Origin: Sminthopsis crassicaudata | Lineage: Eukaryota | DNA: 64,000 nucleotides | Assembly: GCF_048593235.1 (NCBI RefSeq) | Contig: NC_133620.1 | Span: forward strand, 373,331,261 to 373,395,260 | Direction: 5' to 3' | Part shown: positions 40,394-51,279 of the stretch, one piece after another | Numbering within the stretch: position 1 is the first letter of the stretch | Layout: each line of letters opens with the position of its first letter | Translations under genes and position numbers: made by a program | Notes under the pieces: model-generated | Seen by the model: only the letters and a program-made list of their open reading frames with translations | Database searches by the model: none | Told to the model about the DNA's origin: nothing

Positions 40394-40964
40394 GAGGAAG
40401 TTTTTGTAATTCATTCTTAAATTCCTTCTACCTGTGATCAGGATAAGTATCACTCATGGGATACCAGAGACCTAATTATCTGATTTCAGTACTTTACTAC
40501 TAATGAGGCTCAGAGAGTTGATTTTTAAAATAGATTAAACTGATTGTTCTCTGCTGAAAATTTTTATTTTAAACTTTCACCGACCTAGGGCAGCTCTCCA
40601 CAAAATGCATTAGTTTGTCATTTTTTATATTTGTATGTTTCCAGCCGATTGCTTTACTAATTTAGGGATAAAGGGGAAAATTCCATTCATAACAGTTCCC
40701 TGTATAATGTATGACAAGAACTTTTTTCATCAAACTGAAGTCTTCTGAGTTAGAGACCCCTCAGAGAAACTGCTTTTCTATTTCTTCGGACATTAATGGA
40801 GCTCCCTACCAATTATTTGACCTGAATGGAACATTGCACAGATCAGAAGCAGCCAGTTTGAGATATTGTTCAGGCTTCCACTGATAAGAATTGCAGGCAT
40901 GACACAATGAGCAGTGATGGGAAGCAACTAAGGATGGTAGAAATTCTCCAAAGAAAAAAGTCCA

Positions 40965-41109
40965 GGGGGTAGCTAAGTGGCGCAGTGGATGAAGCACCCG
41001 CCCTGAATTCGGGAGCACCCGAGTTCAAATCTGGTCTCAGAAACTTAACACTTCCTAGCTGTGTGACCCTGGGCAAGTCACTTAACCCCAGCCTCAGAAA
41101 AAGAAAAAA
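40965..41109 (+). mobile_element. Full-length young marsupial CORE-SINE (WSINE1-like)
   Basis: A-box TGGCGCAGTGG, B-box GAGTTCAAATC, core CTAGCTGTGTGACCCTGGGCAAGTCACTTAACCCC, A-rich tail; CpGs retained. Confidence 0.9.
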
Positions 41110-41599
41110 TGAAACTACTTCATGATTGTCCTATCAGAGTTGGGATTTTTAGTAGCAGGTGAAATAGCTCACATTTCTATGGTAGTTTCAGCTATGGAAA
41201 ATGTAGTTTCTTAGTGATTTGCCCAAAACCATGAAGTAATGTGTAAGTCCAGCCAGTTGGCCTGCTTCCAAGTTTAATATTCTACTGTGTCCACACAACT
41301 AACTTCTTAACTTGGGGTCCAACTTCAACAATTTTCCTCAAGTTGTTCCCTTAAGGATGTAAGCTCCACTTACTGGTGTTGCTTAAGCATAAGGCCTCTC
41401 TCAGCAAGCCCTCAAACACTGGAGGGGAAGGCTTGGGAGGAGGCCCACGTTCTCACCTCGAAGTGGCCCAAAAAATAAAAGGCCAGAGAAGTGAACTACG
41501 GACTTGACACAGCAGGGAAAGTTCCTGGCCTCCTAAGTTGGGTGGGGCTAGGGAGTTTTCTGATAATTCCAACTCCTAATGACCTGGCGCCCAGGGCAG

Positions 41600-43200
41600 A
41601 ATCTCCTCCCCCTGCAAGATAAAAATTGGCCTTTTTTAGGTCCCTCATCCCGTTAAAACACCCGCACAAAAGCGCTAGCCCCTCACCGTGGGGACTTGGT
41701 GTCTAACCCCAAACCCGTCTCTCCCACTGACCCGCGATTTGTCCACTGCGCCTTCTTCCTGGCTCTACAGTGGCCCTACGGGGGTCCACAGACTTGTAGA
41801 CCCGCTGGGGCAGAGGTTCGAGAAAGGAGACAGTGCCCCACCCCTCACCGGAGCACTTCCGGCCCTGATGGCCTCGTGCTCTACCGACAACAAGCCTCCC
41901 TCTCGAGAGCCTACCAGAGGGACGGCGGACTCTACCAATGAAGCCTTGGGGGAAGGGAGGGGGCGGTGAAAGTCCAGGCCAATGGGCGTAGAGCGGTTGT
42001 GTAGCTGGGGAGAAACGCTGCGTACGGAAGCCGAAACGGGACAGCTCCGAGGGACTCAGAGGAAACCTTGACTGGTGAGGGGGCAAAAGGGCAGGTGAGA
42101 GCGGAAAAATCCAGGCTGGAGAGCTGCAGCGCGGCTCCGGCGGGGTTGGGGGCCCAGCCTGGGAAAGCGCGCTATCGGGCCGGGAGGAGGGGCATCGCGT
42201 GTGCACGCAGGGTCCCGGGACCGGCGAGGAAGGACGCCGGGACTGAACGCCGAAGCGGGGTTTAAAGGGGCGGCGGCTGGCGCGCCTGGGGCTTGGGAAA
42301 GGGGCAGGTGGTGTGGAGAAAGGAGCAAAGGACCGCCATCCCACGGACGGCCCGAGCTCGCCGGAAGAGAGGGTAGGCCTGAGAGTTCGTCCCGTCCACA
42401 CCCGCTTTATTTTGCAGATGGGGAAGCGGAGGCCGGGAGAGTTCAATGATCTGCCCAGGGTCACCCAGTAAGTAAGTAGCGGACCCGAGGCCCGCCCCCC
42501 GGCCGTCAGACTTCCCTCCCGTGGGTTTTGTCTCCTCCGCGCTCCCTCCGCTTCCAGAAGTGCAGCGGCGCCCGGCGCGGTGGGCACGGAGCAGCGGTCC
42601 CGGGTCAGCCCTGGGTCAGCCCTTGGGCCGGCCCGTGCAGTCACCCGGGAGCTCCCGGCCCCTCGCCTCCTCCGGGCGCCCTCCATTCTGGTCTTGTCTC
42701 CCACCAGGCTGGCCGTCTCTCTGGGGCCCTAGCTGCTGATTTTCAGTAGAACTGGCGGGACCCTCATGTTTCCGAGCGCTGTCCCGGGGCCTGGGTGGCT
42801 ACCGCAGGGCCCTGCGAGATCGGAAAGCCTGGACCATGGCCACCCCCAGGAAAACCGTGACGGCCGGCATCATCATGATCGGAGATGAGATCCTCAAGGT
42901 GTGTGTGAGCCCGCGGCCTCCGCGGGTCCTGGGCGCGCCCGACGGGCAGGGGCGTGGCCCCGCTCCCGGCCGCTCCCCTTGGGAATCCGGGGGAGAGGTT
43001 CAGGTTGGTCCGGCTGGGAAAGAGGAGGCGAACTTCCCCTAGTGCCACCCAGTCCCAACTTGCAGGTTCCGTGACACAGACCTCCCGCTGCCGCACTCCT
43101 GCACAACGTGACCGAGCCTTGTGCCAAACGGGTTACCTAACTGGCTCCTGCGCTCCGCTGCGGTTCTGGCTTCTGTGAAACTCCCAGGGCTGGGGGGAGG
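41600..43200 (+). promoter_or_regulatory. FLAD1: FLAD1 CpG-island promoter and non-coding exon 1 (ends 42074)
   Basis: ETS CACTTCCGG ~41855, CCAAT ~41935 and ~41979, donor CTG|GTGAGG at 42075, acceptor TTTTCAG|TAG at 42746. Confidence 0.75.
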
Positions 43201-46200
43201 GGGGCGTTATTCAGCAGACACTGATCCAGCACCGACTCTATGTCCAGGACTGTAGAAGTGCCTTGGAGAATGCAAAGCCGCTCACGGTACATGTGGAGGA
43301 CACTTAAGAAGGAGGGGAAGAAAGGAGGATTTAAGCGTTGGCTATGTGGCGGGCGTTTTGCTGAATGCTAGGGGTACAGGCAAAAGCGAAAACAAAGGTA
43401 GTGCCGCCTTCAGAGAGCTCACATTCCAGTGGCAGCGAGTGCCCAGTGAAAGGCCCAAGGTCAAACTGGCCTCAGACACTAACGGTGTCACCCTGGGCAA
43501 GTCTCTGGGTGCTTTTGCCCCAGCATCTTCAACTGTAAAACAGAAATAGTAATAGCAAACTACCTCCCAAAATATGTGTAAAACTGCTTAGCACGGGGCC
43601 AGGCCCGTAGAAAGGGATAATGTAAATGCTAGTTATTGTTCCCCGGGGGAAACAGCCCACAAAAGGTCGCTAAAGGGACTGAAGATAAAAAGTGAAAGGG
43701 GAGTGAGACTCCTCAAAATAACTGAAGGACAAGACCCTCAGAAGCATCGGGTGAATGAGTGATGCCGTGTAGATGGAGCTACAAGGGGTCCGGCTATTAA
43801 GTAAAGCCGCGCAGAGAAGGCCTTTGAGCTGAGCATTAAATGTCAGAAGCAGAAATGGTGCAGAGGACATTACGGGGGCGGGGACAGCCTGACCGAGGTT
43901 GAATTTGACTTGTGCCTTCTTATTTTCATCAAGCAGTAAGTGGGCTGATTTGGCTGGAATACAGGGTATGTGTAGGCAGCTGGTGTGTAGCAAGGTAGTC
44001 AGGGCACCAAAGGCCACGGTGAGTTTGGATTGCAGGCAGCAGGAAGCCGGGATGGTGATGATCAAAGGGGAGTCCTAGGAGGGCTGGTGTGAGTGTCTGA
44101 TGTGAGACAGGCAGAGGAGAACAGAAGGAAAAAGGCGAGATAAATCCCAGTATATGATAGTACAGGCCAGAGCAAAGGAAATGGCCTGACCCACAATGTT
44201 GGCAGCAGGGACGGAAGAGCATTGTATTAATTGGATTCAGATGTCAGATTTGCCACTAAAAGCTGAGCAACTCAGAATGGACAGGACGTGGCAGCTGTTT
44301 AGAGGTGAAGTATAAGAGAAAGGAAAGTTAGATTTATTCTGAAATAGAAAAATCAGGAGGATAGTCAGGTTCTGGAAGAAATAGAACTTTATTTTGGACC
44401 TAATGTGTTTGTAGCAGTAATTTCAAGTGGAAATGTCTGGAGGGGAATTGAACATATGAAACAAGTTCAAAGGAGTAGTTAGTGGTGGAGATTTAAAAAA
44501 AAAAAAAAAAAGTGAGTCATCTGCTTGGGGGGGGGATAGTTGAAACTATGGGACTAGACAGTCTCACCAAAACAGAGGAGTAAGGGCTAAGTATAGCAGC
44601 CCAGAGCTGGCCGGGTGAGTGACTGACTCTTCCAAATCTTAACCCTAAATGAGTTTCCATTCATTGCCCAGTGTTTGGTCCTTATCTCTCCCTCCAGTCC
44701 TCCTTCCGTCACTCCTCCCTTCTGCCCACCTACCTCTATGGTACTTCCAGAAAGAGGCTCTCTCTCCACAGACGGAGATAGGAAGCCTTCCACATAACTA
44801 AAGATCAGATCTCTTCAACTTCCCTCCCTTGCTTTCCCAGGGCTACACTCAGGACACCAACACCTATTTTCTGTGCCGGACCCTTCGCTCCTTGGGTGTC
44901 CGGGTGTCCCGGATCTCTGTGGTGCCAGACGAAGTGATGACCATTGCAGAAGAGGTGGCTTCCTTCTCCACCCGCTTCAATCTTGTCCTCACTTCTGGCG
45001 GCATTGGACCCACTCATGACGATATCACCTTTGAAGCTGTAGCTCAGGCTTTTGGAGATAAACTCCAGCCCCACCCTGAGTTGGAAGAAGCTGTGAGAGC
45101 CCTGGGGGGCACTGGGCAAGAGAAGCTGGTTCAGGTGCCCTCCACTGCCCGGCTCCACTATGGTACTGACCCTGAGACCGGGGTCCCCTTTCGATTCCCC
45201 CTGGTTTCTGTCCGGAATGTCTACCTCTTCCCGGGCATTCCAGAACTGCAGCAGCGAGTGCTCGGGGGGCTGTCGGATCTGTTCCGGAATGAAGGGATGC
45301 AATTCCACCTTCGTGAATTATATCTGACGGCAGAGGAATCATCGATTGCTCCCATCCTCACAGAAGCACAAGCCCATTTTGGACGCCGACTTGGCATTGG
45401 CTCTTATCCAGACTGGAGTAGCAACTACTATCGTGTTAAAGTGACGCTGGACTCTGACGAGGAGGCGGCAGTTGAGGAAGCCCAGGCTTACCTGAATGCC
45501 CACCTACCCCCCGGATCCCTAGTGCCATTTGTGCCCAATGCAGTGGAGCACGCTAGGGAGGCTGTGTACAGACTAGCCCAGTCAGGTAGGAAGAAGGCTG
45601 CTGGAAGAAAGGAAGTGGCCATCCTTTTCCTTTGGCCATCTCCTGTCTCAGGGGGCAGGGGGAGTGAGAAAAGGAGCCAGTAGATCTTGTGAGAAGAAGG
45701 ATGGTTTGTTCCATCCAAATGATGCTAGTGTGCAGGTGGTGAGGCTGCTACACTGCTCCTGGATACTGCCTCTGGGTTCTAGAAGGCAGCCTCTTGTCAG
45801 GGAACTAGAGAAGAAATGCATGCTTCAAGGTCTGGATTTTGGTTTTCTCTCAGCTCTCAGATTCTGTGTATTCTGCCTAGCCCCTGGGTGGGACCCACTG
45901 GAAGAGGTGTTAAGCTATAGAGAGGCTGGGAAAGTTCTGAGCCCTCCCATTCCCTTCTGATTGTCCTGTGCTCCCGACCCTCCTGGCAGGGACTCCTCTG
46001 GGCAACAAGGTGGAGGGGGCCTTGAAGATTATGGAGGAGGCCCTCTCGAGGTACAAACTGAACCAGCTTTGTGTGGGATTCAACGGAGGCAAGGATTGCA
46101 CTGCCCTCCTACACCTTTTCTATGCTGCTGTACAGAGGTACCCCAACCCTGGGCTGGGCAGTGGCTGGGATGCTCCCCCAGACTCCTGCTTGTGCTCCCT

Positions 46201-47706
46201 CCTCCCAAGCTCCACTCATGCTGTTTCTCCGTCTTGGGTGGGTGTCAGTGTGGCCTAGGGGGACCGTTCCTATCAATTCACCCAGGGTTAGGTGCATCCC
46301 ATGTATGTTCAAGGCCCTACACTAGACACTAGGGAGGCTACCTAAGCTTCATCTGCCCTAACCCTACCCTCCAGGAGCTTATAATCTTGTTGGGGTGATA
46401 TCCATGACAATCAGAGAGGGCAAAATACACTCCTTAATCAAGTGTTAGATCACATTCTGTAGATTAAGATAAATGTTTTACAAGTTGGGAGAAATCCAAC
46501 TAGGGCCAGCTTCCTTGAGGAAGTGAACCTTAAGCTGGTCTGTGAGATGTGGGTGTGCAGGATTTGGATAAGAAGACAAAGGAGGGCATTCCAGAATGGG
46601 GTGGGGGACTGCCTCCACAAATGGAGAAACCTGTGGGCTCTGATCCCTCTCAATCTACTTAAAGGAAGTTCCCAGAGACCAGGGTCCCCCTGCAGATTCT
46701 CTACATCCGTAGCATCTCCCCCTTCCCAGAGCTGGAGCAGTTCCTGAAGGAGACAGTTAAGAGGTACTGGGAATCAGGAATTTGGGGCTTGGAGAGCTGT
46801 GGGTTATGGGAGTTAAGAGGACGGTAAAGTCTGTTAATTATGGGCTCAAGCAATTTATGGGGCTCTCTCCAGGTATAAGTTGCAGGTTCTACAGGCTGAG
46901 GGCGATATGAAGCAGGCATTGAGTGACATTCGAGCACAGAACCCTCAGCTGGAGGCTGTGCTGATGGGCACAAGGAGGACGGATCCTTCATCCCGAAGCC
47001 TCAGTCCCCTCAGTCCCACTGACCCAGACTGGCCTCAGTATATGCGCATCAACCCACTACTGGTGAGAGAGGATTCGGACTCACCGCCACCTTCTAACTC
47101 TTCAGATTCCCATCCTTTTTCCATATAGAGTGAGACAAGTGGAGTTTCGGGAAAACTCTGGAAGGGTTAAGATAGAAACTAGAGCTAGTATCCTGTCCTT
47201 TTTTTTAAAACTAGGGGGAGGGAGCACTCCTGAAGTCTAGGATAATCAGAGGCAGAACACCCCCTCCCTCTAGGGATCGAGATATGGTATAGAGTGAGTA
47301 GAAGTGCTTGGGTCTGCCCATCCTCCCAGAGGCAGAAAGAGGAGTGGGGCAGGGTCTGTGATCCAAACCCAGTGGTCCCTGCTCGTGAACTGACTCTTGT
47401 TTCTCAGGACTGGACGTATAAAGACATCTGGGATTTCCTCCGTCAACTGTTTGTTCCTTACTGCATCCTATATGACTGGGGGTAAGAGCTAGCATGGGAA
47501 AGAATAAGAAGGGAGCGCTGAAATGGGGATCCAGGCATTCACAGGTACGGTGCCTCCCTTCTGTCCCCAGCTACACGTCCCTTGGCGGCAGGGAGAATAC
47601 AAAGAAAAACGAGGCCTTGATGTACCCAGGCCCTGGGGGATGCCCTGCCTATCGACCGGCCTACCAGTTGGAGAACGAAGATGAAGAACGGAATTCACGA
47701 GTCTGA
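42836..47706 (+). CDS. FLAD1: FAD synthase (molybdopterin-binding-like domain + PAPS-reductase-like FADS domain), 484 aa from the first in-frame AUG
   Basis: join(42836..42898,44841..45585,45990..46137,46665..46763,46873..47062,47408..47481,47571..47706); 1455 nt, GT-AG. Motifs [62 protein letters not shown]. Confidence 0.97.
43230..44800. mobile_element. L2 relics with an embedded MIR/MAR-type SINE (~43460-43640) in a FLAD1 intron
   Basis: GCTGAATGCTAGGGGTACA...AGAGCTCACATTCCAGT (L2 tail); CTGGCCTCAGACACT...CCCTGGGCAAGTC...CAACTGTAAAA (SINE); GAACTTTATTTTGGACC (L2). Confidence 0.6.
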
Positions 47707-47765
47707 CTGGGGATTTTTGTCCCCACCTGTTGCTCTCTGCCCCCCTCAATCCCAGCAGCCCTGAC

Positions 47766-47771
47766 AATAAA
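47766..47771 (+). terminator. FLAD1: FLAD1 poly(A) signal AATAAA
   Basis: 60 nt after the stop codon. Confidence 0.75.
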
Positions 47772-48169
47772 TGGTGCCTGCTACTGTGTCCATTGCTTCT
47801 GCTCCTTCATCTGAGATCTCTTGTAGTCAAAGCTACCATGGGTTTGACGGGACCCCCTCTTCTCCCCTAAAGCTGTGACAGGGCCCCACCACAAGACCCA
47901 GGGCTGGGCCAGAACCCACAAGTAGAGGGTTGGGCCGTTTTCTCCTGGGCACTCGAGTTAGGGACATAGAGGAGGGGGGGGGAGGGAAAGGGCCTTGATA
48001 GGCTTGAACTGACCGATGCTTCTCGATGCCAGCATCAGCAGGGCTCCACGTGAGGATATATGACCTGGGGAGAAGGGAGGAGGGAGCTGGGCCAATGGGC
48101 AGCTTGGCAGGATGCCCAGGTTTCTCCTACACAGCAAGGGGTCAGACACTCCCTTCCCAACTCCCACCC

Positions 48170-48290
48170 AGCCCAGGCTGACACAGCCTATTGCCCATTC
48201 CAGAATCTCCTCTCGCCTCACCCAGGCGCTTTGTCTCTGTTAGTCATGCGGGCACTCGGTCCCAGGGCAGGAGAATGCTTATAAAGGCCA
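48170..48290 (+). promoter_or_regulatory. LENEP: LENEP promoter: TATA box with possible SOX and MAF/AP-1 half-sites
   Basis: TATAAA at 48280-48285, ~50 nt before the ATG; CTTTGT and TTAGTCATGC just upstream. Confidence 0.55.
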
Positions 48291-48330
48291 AGGGAGCCAG
48301 CCCCCCTTTCTCTCACCGAGAACTATCCTC

Positions 48331-48516
48331 ATGCAACCGAGGGCCATCCCCATAGCCCAAGCCTTGCCCTTTTCCCTCAGCCAGGCCCTTCATGATGCTG
48401 GGCTCCGATTGCCTCTCACCAAGATGGGCACAAGCTGGGGAGTACTCCAGCGATTCCTGAAGGAGGCGGCTTATATCCTTCTCTGCTGCTGGTGTATTAA
48501 GGAGCTGCTAGACTAG
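48331..48516 (+). CDS. LENEP: Lens epithelial protein (LEP503), 61 aa, single coding exon
   Basis: MQPRAIPIAQALPFSL...KMGTSWGVLQRFLKEAAYILLCCWCIKELLD; the C-terminal AYILLCCWCIKELLD is diagnostic; syntenic position; TATA upstream and AATAAA downstream. Confidence 0.95.
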   Translation: MQPRAIPIAQALPFSLSQALHDAGLRLPLTKMGTSWGVLQRFLKEAAYILLCCWCIKELLD

Positions 48517-48682
48517 CCCAGGTATCCACAGCACCATACTCAGCACCCTCAAGTGGGCACCTTGGGGGCAGGACTTGTGCTTTCTTGGCAATGTTCCTTC
48601 TTCTGAGCCTACTCTTTTCTCCTTCTAGTGCCTCCTTCATCTCCAAGATTCCTTGTGTCCTTTGTGCTTACCTGAGGGTACC

Positions 48683-48688
48683 AATAAA
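48683..48688 (+). terminator. LENEP: LENEP poly(A) signal AATAAA
   Basis: ~170 nt after the stop codon. Confidence 0.7.
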
Positions 48689-50485
48689 TGAATGAAGTTC
48701 TGTGCCTGCTATGAGCTGTGGGCTTCCAGTCTCTCACCTCTGGAGCCATTTCCTTTCTAGCGCCTCTGGAAATCAGAGCCATTTCCCTGCAGAAGCAGGA
48801 TCTCAGTGAGCTGCTATGGGGGAGGGCAAGGTAGGAGTTCAGGGGAACAAGGAGGTAGGAAATATACTGTCCGTGCCTTTTGTTTGTTTGGGGTTTTGGG
48901 GGGTTTCTGTTGAGGAAACATGATAAAATGGGAGGGCACCAGTGGTGTATTAGGGGCTCCTCTTCTATCATTGCTACTGTATTCAAAAATTTCTCTATCT
49001 CACATATAGCACATACCACCTTCCTGTACAAAAACTGCCAGGGATAGATTTCTCCCTCAGGACTTTGGATTCCATTATCCTCTCTTTCAAGATGTAGAGA
49101 AAGGGATAGAAGCCCGATCCTGATCCTGGGTGTGGTGTAGGAAATGAGAACAGGAGGGTAGGAGAAGAGAGAAGCAGCTTCCACAATCCAATCTACCCCT
49201 TCCATTCCTGTCACAAGGACCTGGCCCCCGTTTTGCTCTAACCTACCCTGTGACTCAGGCCCTGGCCTCCTGCCTCTACCAGGCCCTTTCCTGTCTCCCG
49301 ACCCATGACCAACCCTACTCCACCCAGCTGGAGCTGGTACCTTGCCCAAAGGACGAGGGGGAGAGGGTGCAGCTTTAGTACAGGGGCTAGGAACCCATGC
49401 CAGGGGTATGGAGTGGGCAATGGGACGCTTGGCAAAAGGGACTTTAGGGAAGTGGTGGGTGGAGATGGGCAAAACTGTGGTCTGTGAGAGAGAGGAAAAA
49501 AGAAAGAGAAACAGTGACAGACAAATTCAATGTGCAACTTGAGCTAGGGAGAGGGTAGACATTCCTGGCAGTTTGAGGGGATACTGTTAACAATCAGAAG
49601 CGTCTTTCTTCCCCCCACTTGCCTTCACACCACGTGTTCTCTTTTCTTTTTCCTTGATGAACCTGGTATTGAGGACAAGAGAACCTACCTGACTCCCCGC
49701 TGAGTAGGGAAGTGAGTTGATTTTCTCTCCACTCACAACTCCCCCTTTCTGCCACTTACTGGTGGAAAGAAGGCAAGCCTGCACCCCTTCTTCCTGTACC
49801 CTCCAAGATTCTAGCATAATGGTATCAAACTTGAAAAAAAATGGGGCTGCTAATTCTTCCCTAAACACACCGAGGGTCGCAAACTGACTTAGTTTTACAA
49901 TATTATGTCATCAGCTATGTTTATTAAATGTATTTTTTCGTTAACTATTTCTCCTTTTTATCTGGTTCTCCCACTTTGGGGGGTGGAGGCAGGGAAGTGT
50001 TTTACATAAGCACCTTTCATCCACTCCCAACCAATAGTGCTTCCTTTCTCCTTGGGGAGAGGTTTCGGCCCCAGCTGTCCGAGGTAGCTCCTCAGGGTGG
50101 AGAAAGGCAGTTTGGGGGGCAGGGTTAGGGCCACCAGGGTACCGGTAGACAAGGTTTCCGCCCGCCTAGGAAGCGCTGAAGGATTCTTTTAATATAACGT
50201 CAGGGTGCGAAGTCTCCGCGGGTGACGGCCGGCTGTTTTATGAAGCCGGGTCTCGTCACCAGGAAGGTTCAAAGCCTCCAGTGACAGCAGGAATAAACCG
50301 CCCGTCCGCGGTAGGGCAGTGACCTGGGTGCTTTGGAGGCGGGGTGATCGGTACCCTCGTGGGCAGTGCTAAATTTCCTACTCTGTGTGACTGAAGGGGA
50401 AGGGGATGCTTTTTGAGCAGGGGTCCTGGGGACCCGAAGGGGCTTCCCGGGAGACAGAGGGGGCTTTCCCACTCAGCATTTGGAG

Positions 50486-50505
50486 CAGCGCGGACATCTA
50501 GTGGT
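50486..50505 (-). promoter_or_regulatory. CTCF-like motif in a small orphan CpG island between LENEP and ZBTB7B
   Basis: Reverse complement ACCACTAGATGTCCGCGCTG. Confidence 0.55.
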
Positions 50506-51279
50506 TTCTAGGGGAACTGAAGCAAACCCGGAAATTGAAGCTAGACGTGGAGTGAACAGGGACCACGGGTGCAGAACTCCGACCCAAACGGAACCTCTAG
50601 GAATCCCCTGGGAAGAGGAAAAACGGCGGCACTAAGCGTTTTTTGGACCGCTGGATTGGGAGGAAAGGTATTGTTTTACCGCGTGAATAAACTGAAAATC
50701 AGAGTTTTTTTAAAAAAGGAACAAAAAACAAAAAACAGATCCTTGGTATGCAGAATCTTCCCGAATGCAAAGACCCGCAGAGGTCACTAGTAGCTGTAGA
50801 GCGGTGGACCCTCAGCACGTTTTTTTTTTTGGTTCTTTTTTTTGCATATATTTGCATCTTAGTTGCATCTGAGTCATTTCCTTTCTGTGCGAACCCTCCA
50901 CATATACCCTTCCCCACAGGGTCCTTCTTGTTTGTGGTTGTCCCCCAACTCAAGCCCCATTGTCCTCAAAATGTCCCAGATTTCTTCCCTTTCCTTCCCT
51001 GGCCAGCCCCTCAGACCCTTGCCTTTCCCCCTAGGCTCTCGACCTCGGTACCTTCGTCTCTCCAACCTCAGTTCCCATCTCCGAGTCCGGTACTCCCGGA
51101 GTAACTACCCCAAACTCCTCCTTCCAAAGCAGCGACCTCTGCAGGCCAGCGGAGAGGGATAGGGCTGAGGGTGAGGAGGGGGCGGGACCTGTTTTCATCC
51201 CCCGCCTCCCCCATCCCCCAAGCAGTTTTGGAAACTTGCTCCCCTGAGCTTCCTGGGGCTAAATTTAAATTTACCTGCC

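Noticed and set aside
40965-41040. tRNA-like A and B boxes
   Set aside because: This is the tRNA-derived head of a CORE-SINE, with no cloverleaf.
42405-42482. Extra GTAAGT donor at 42468 in FLAD1 intron 1
   Set aside because: It lies within a MIR relic where this word is part of the consensus, and no supporting exon is evident.
41680-42745. Human-type long AUG-initiated FLAD1 isoform read through unspliced upstream sequence, and the 333-aa - strand ORF 41703..42704
   Set aside because: The FLAD1 frame is closed by TGA at 42737-42739. The antisense ORF is a low-complexity product of CpG-island composition with no recognisable domain.
48609-49472. 287-aa - strand ORF downstream of LENEP
   Set aside because: No recognisable homology or exon structure; likely chance.
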